This document shows positions 38,257 to 38,350 of a stretch of DNA of 38,350 nt, one piece after another. The stretch's first letter is position 1. Every line of letters begins with the position of its first letter. Under the pieces are notes generated by a model. It was not told where the DNA came from. It searched no databases and saw only the letters and a program-made list of their open reading frames with translations. Source of the DNA: Oscillospiraceae bacterium (GTDB lineage: Bacteria; Bacillota; Clostridia; Oscillospirales; Ruminococcaceae); contig JAZQBH010000211.1 of the NCBI GenBank assembly GCA_045545655.1, forward strand, positions 1 to 38,350, read 5' to 3'. Position numbers and translations under genes: made by a program.

Positions 38257-38350
38257 CCTCGACGCTAAGCTGCGTGCGCAGATGAGAACCGAGATTGCAA
38301 AGCTGCACAAGAAGCTTGCTACAACATTTATCTATGTAACCCACGACCAG
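38257..38350 (+). repeat. Exact duplicate of 38073-38166 (read-through of a circular library insert)
   Basis: CCTCGACGCTAAG...CACGACCAG is repeated right after the adapter. Confidence 0.93.

Noticed and set aside
38173-38350. msmK pseudogene, or an insertion with target duplication
   Set aside because: The inserted sequence is a sequencing adapter.

Overview
Chromosomal window from a spore-forming Clostridia bacterium, probably Oscillospiraceae/Ruminococcaceae-like. This is inferred from the spoIIA operon, a dockerin protein, cellobiose phosphorylase, FapA and an MCP. Bases 132-11749 are an intact, co-oriented PBSX/Xkd-type contractile tail plus lysis operon: sheath, tube, frameshifted chaperone, baseplate, fibre, a 7-repeat Kelch-like adhesin, XkdX, holin and amidase. 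No head, packaging, replication or integrase gene lies in the window, and the operon ends at a terminator directly against host cobD. The tape-measure slot holds only a 281-aa Pro/Ser/Thr-rich protein that keeps a tape-measure-like C-terminus, and the receptor-binding module is an AT-rich cassette. Best hypothesis: a domesticated R-type tailocin or contractile nanomachine with an unusual ruler. The left boundary lies outside the window, so a full prophage is not excluded. The rest is host DNA: cobD, a cobU-like gene, MATE, dockerin protein, HAD, tgt, GH94 phosphorylase, a TPR/solute-binding lipoprotein, thiT with a TPP riboswitch carrying an extra hairpin, spoIIAA-spoIIAB-sigF, alkA-like, fapA-like, MCP, GNAT, hpf, PHP phosphatase, transglutaminase-like lipoprotein, DUF4830 and an MsmK-type ATPase. 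The last ~180 bp are a sequencing artefact (MGI/DNBSEQ adapter read-through). All calls come from motif recognition by eye; no database searches were run.
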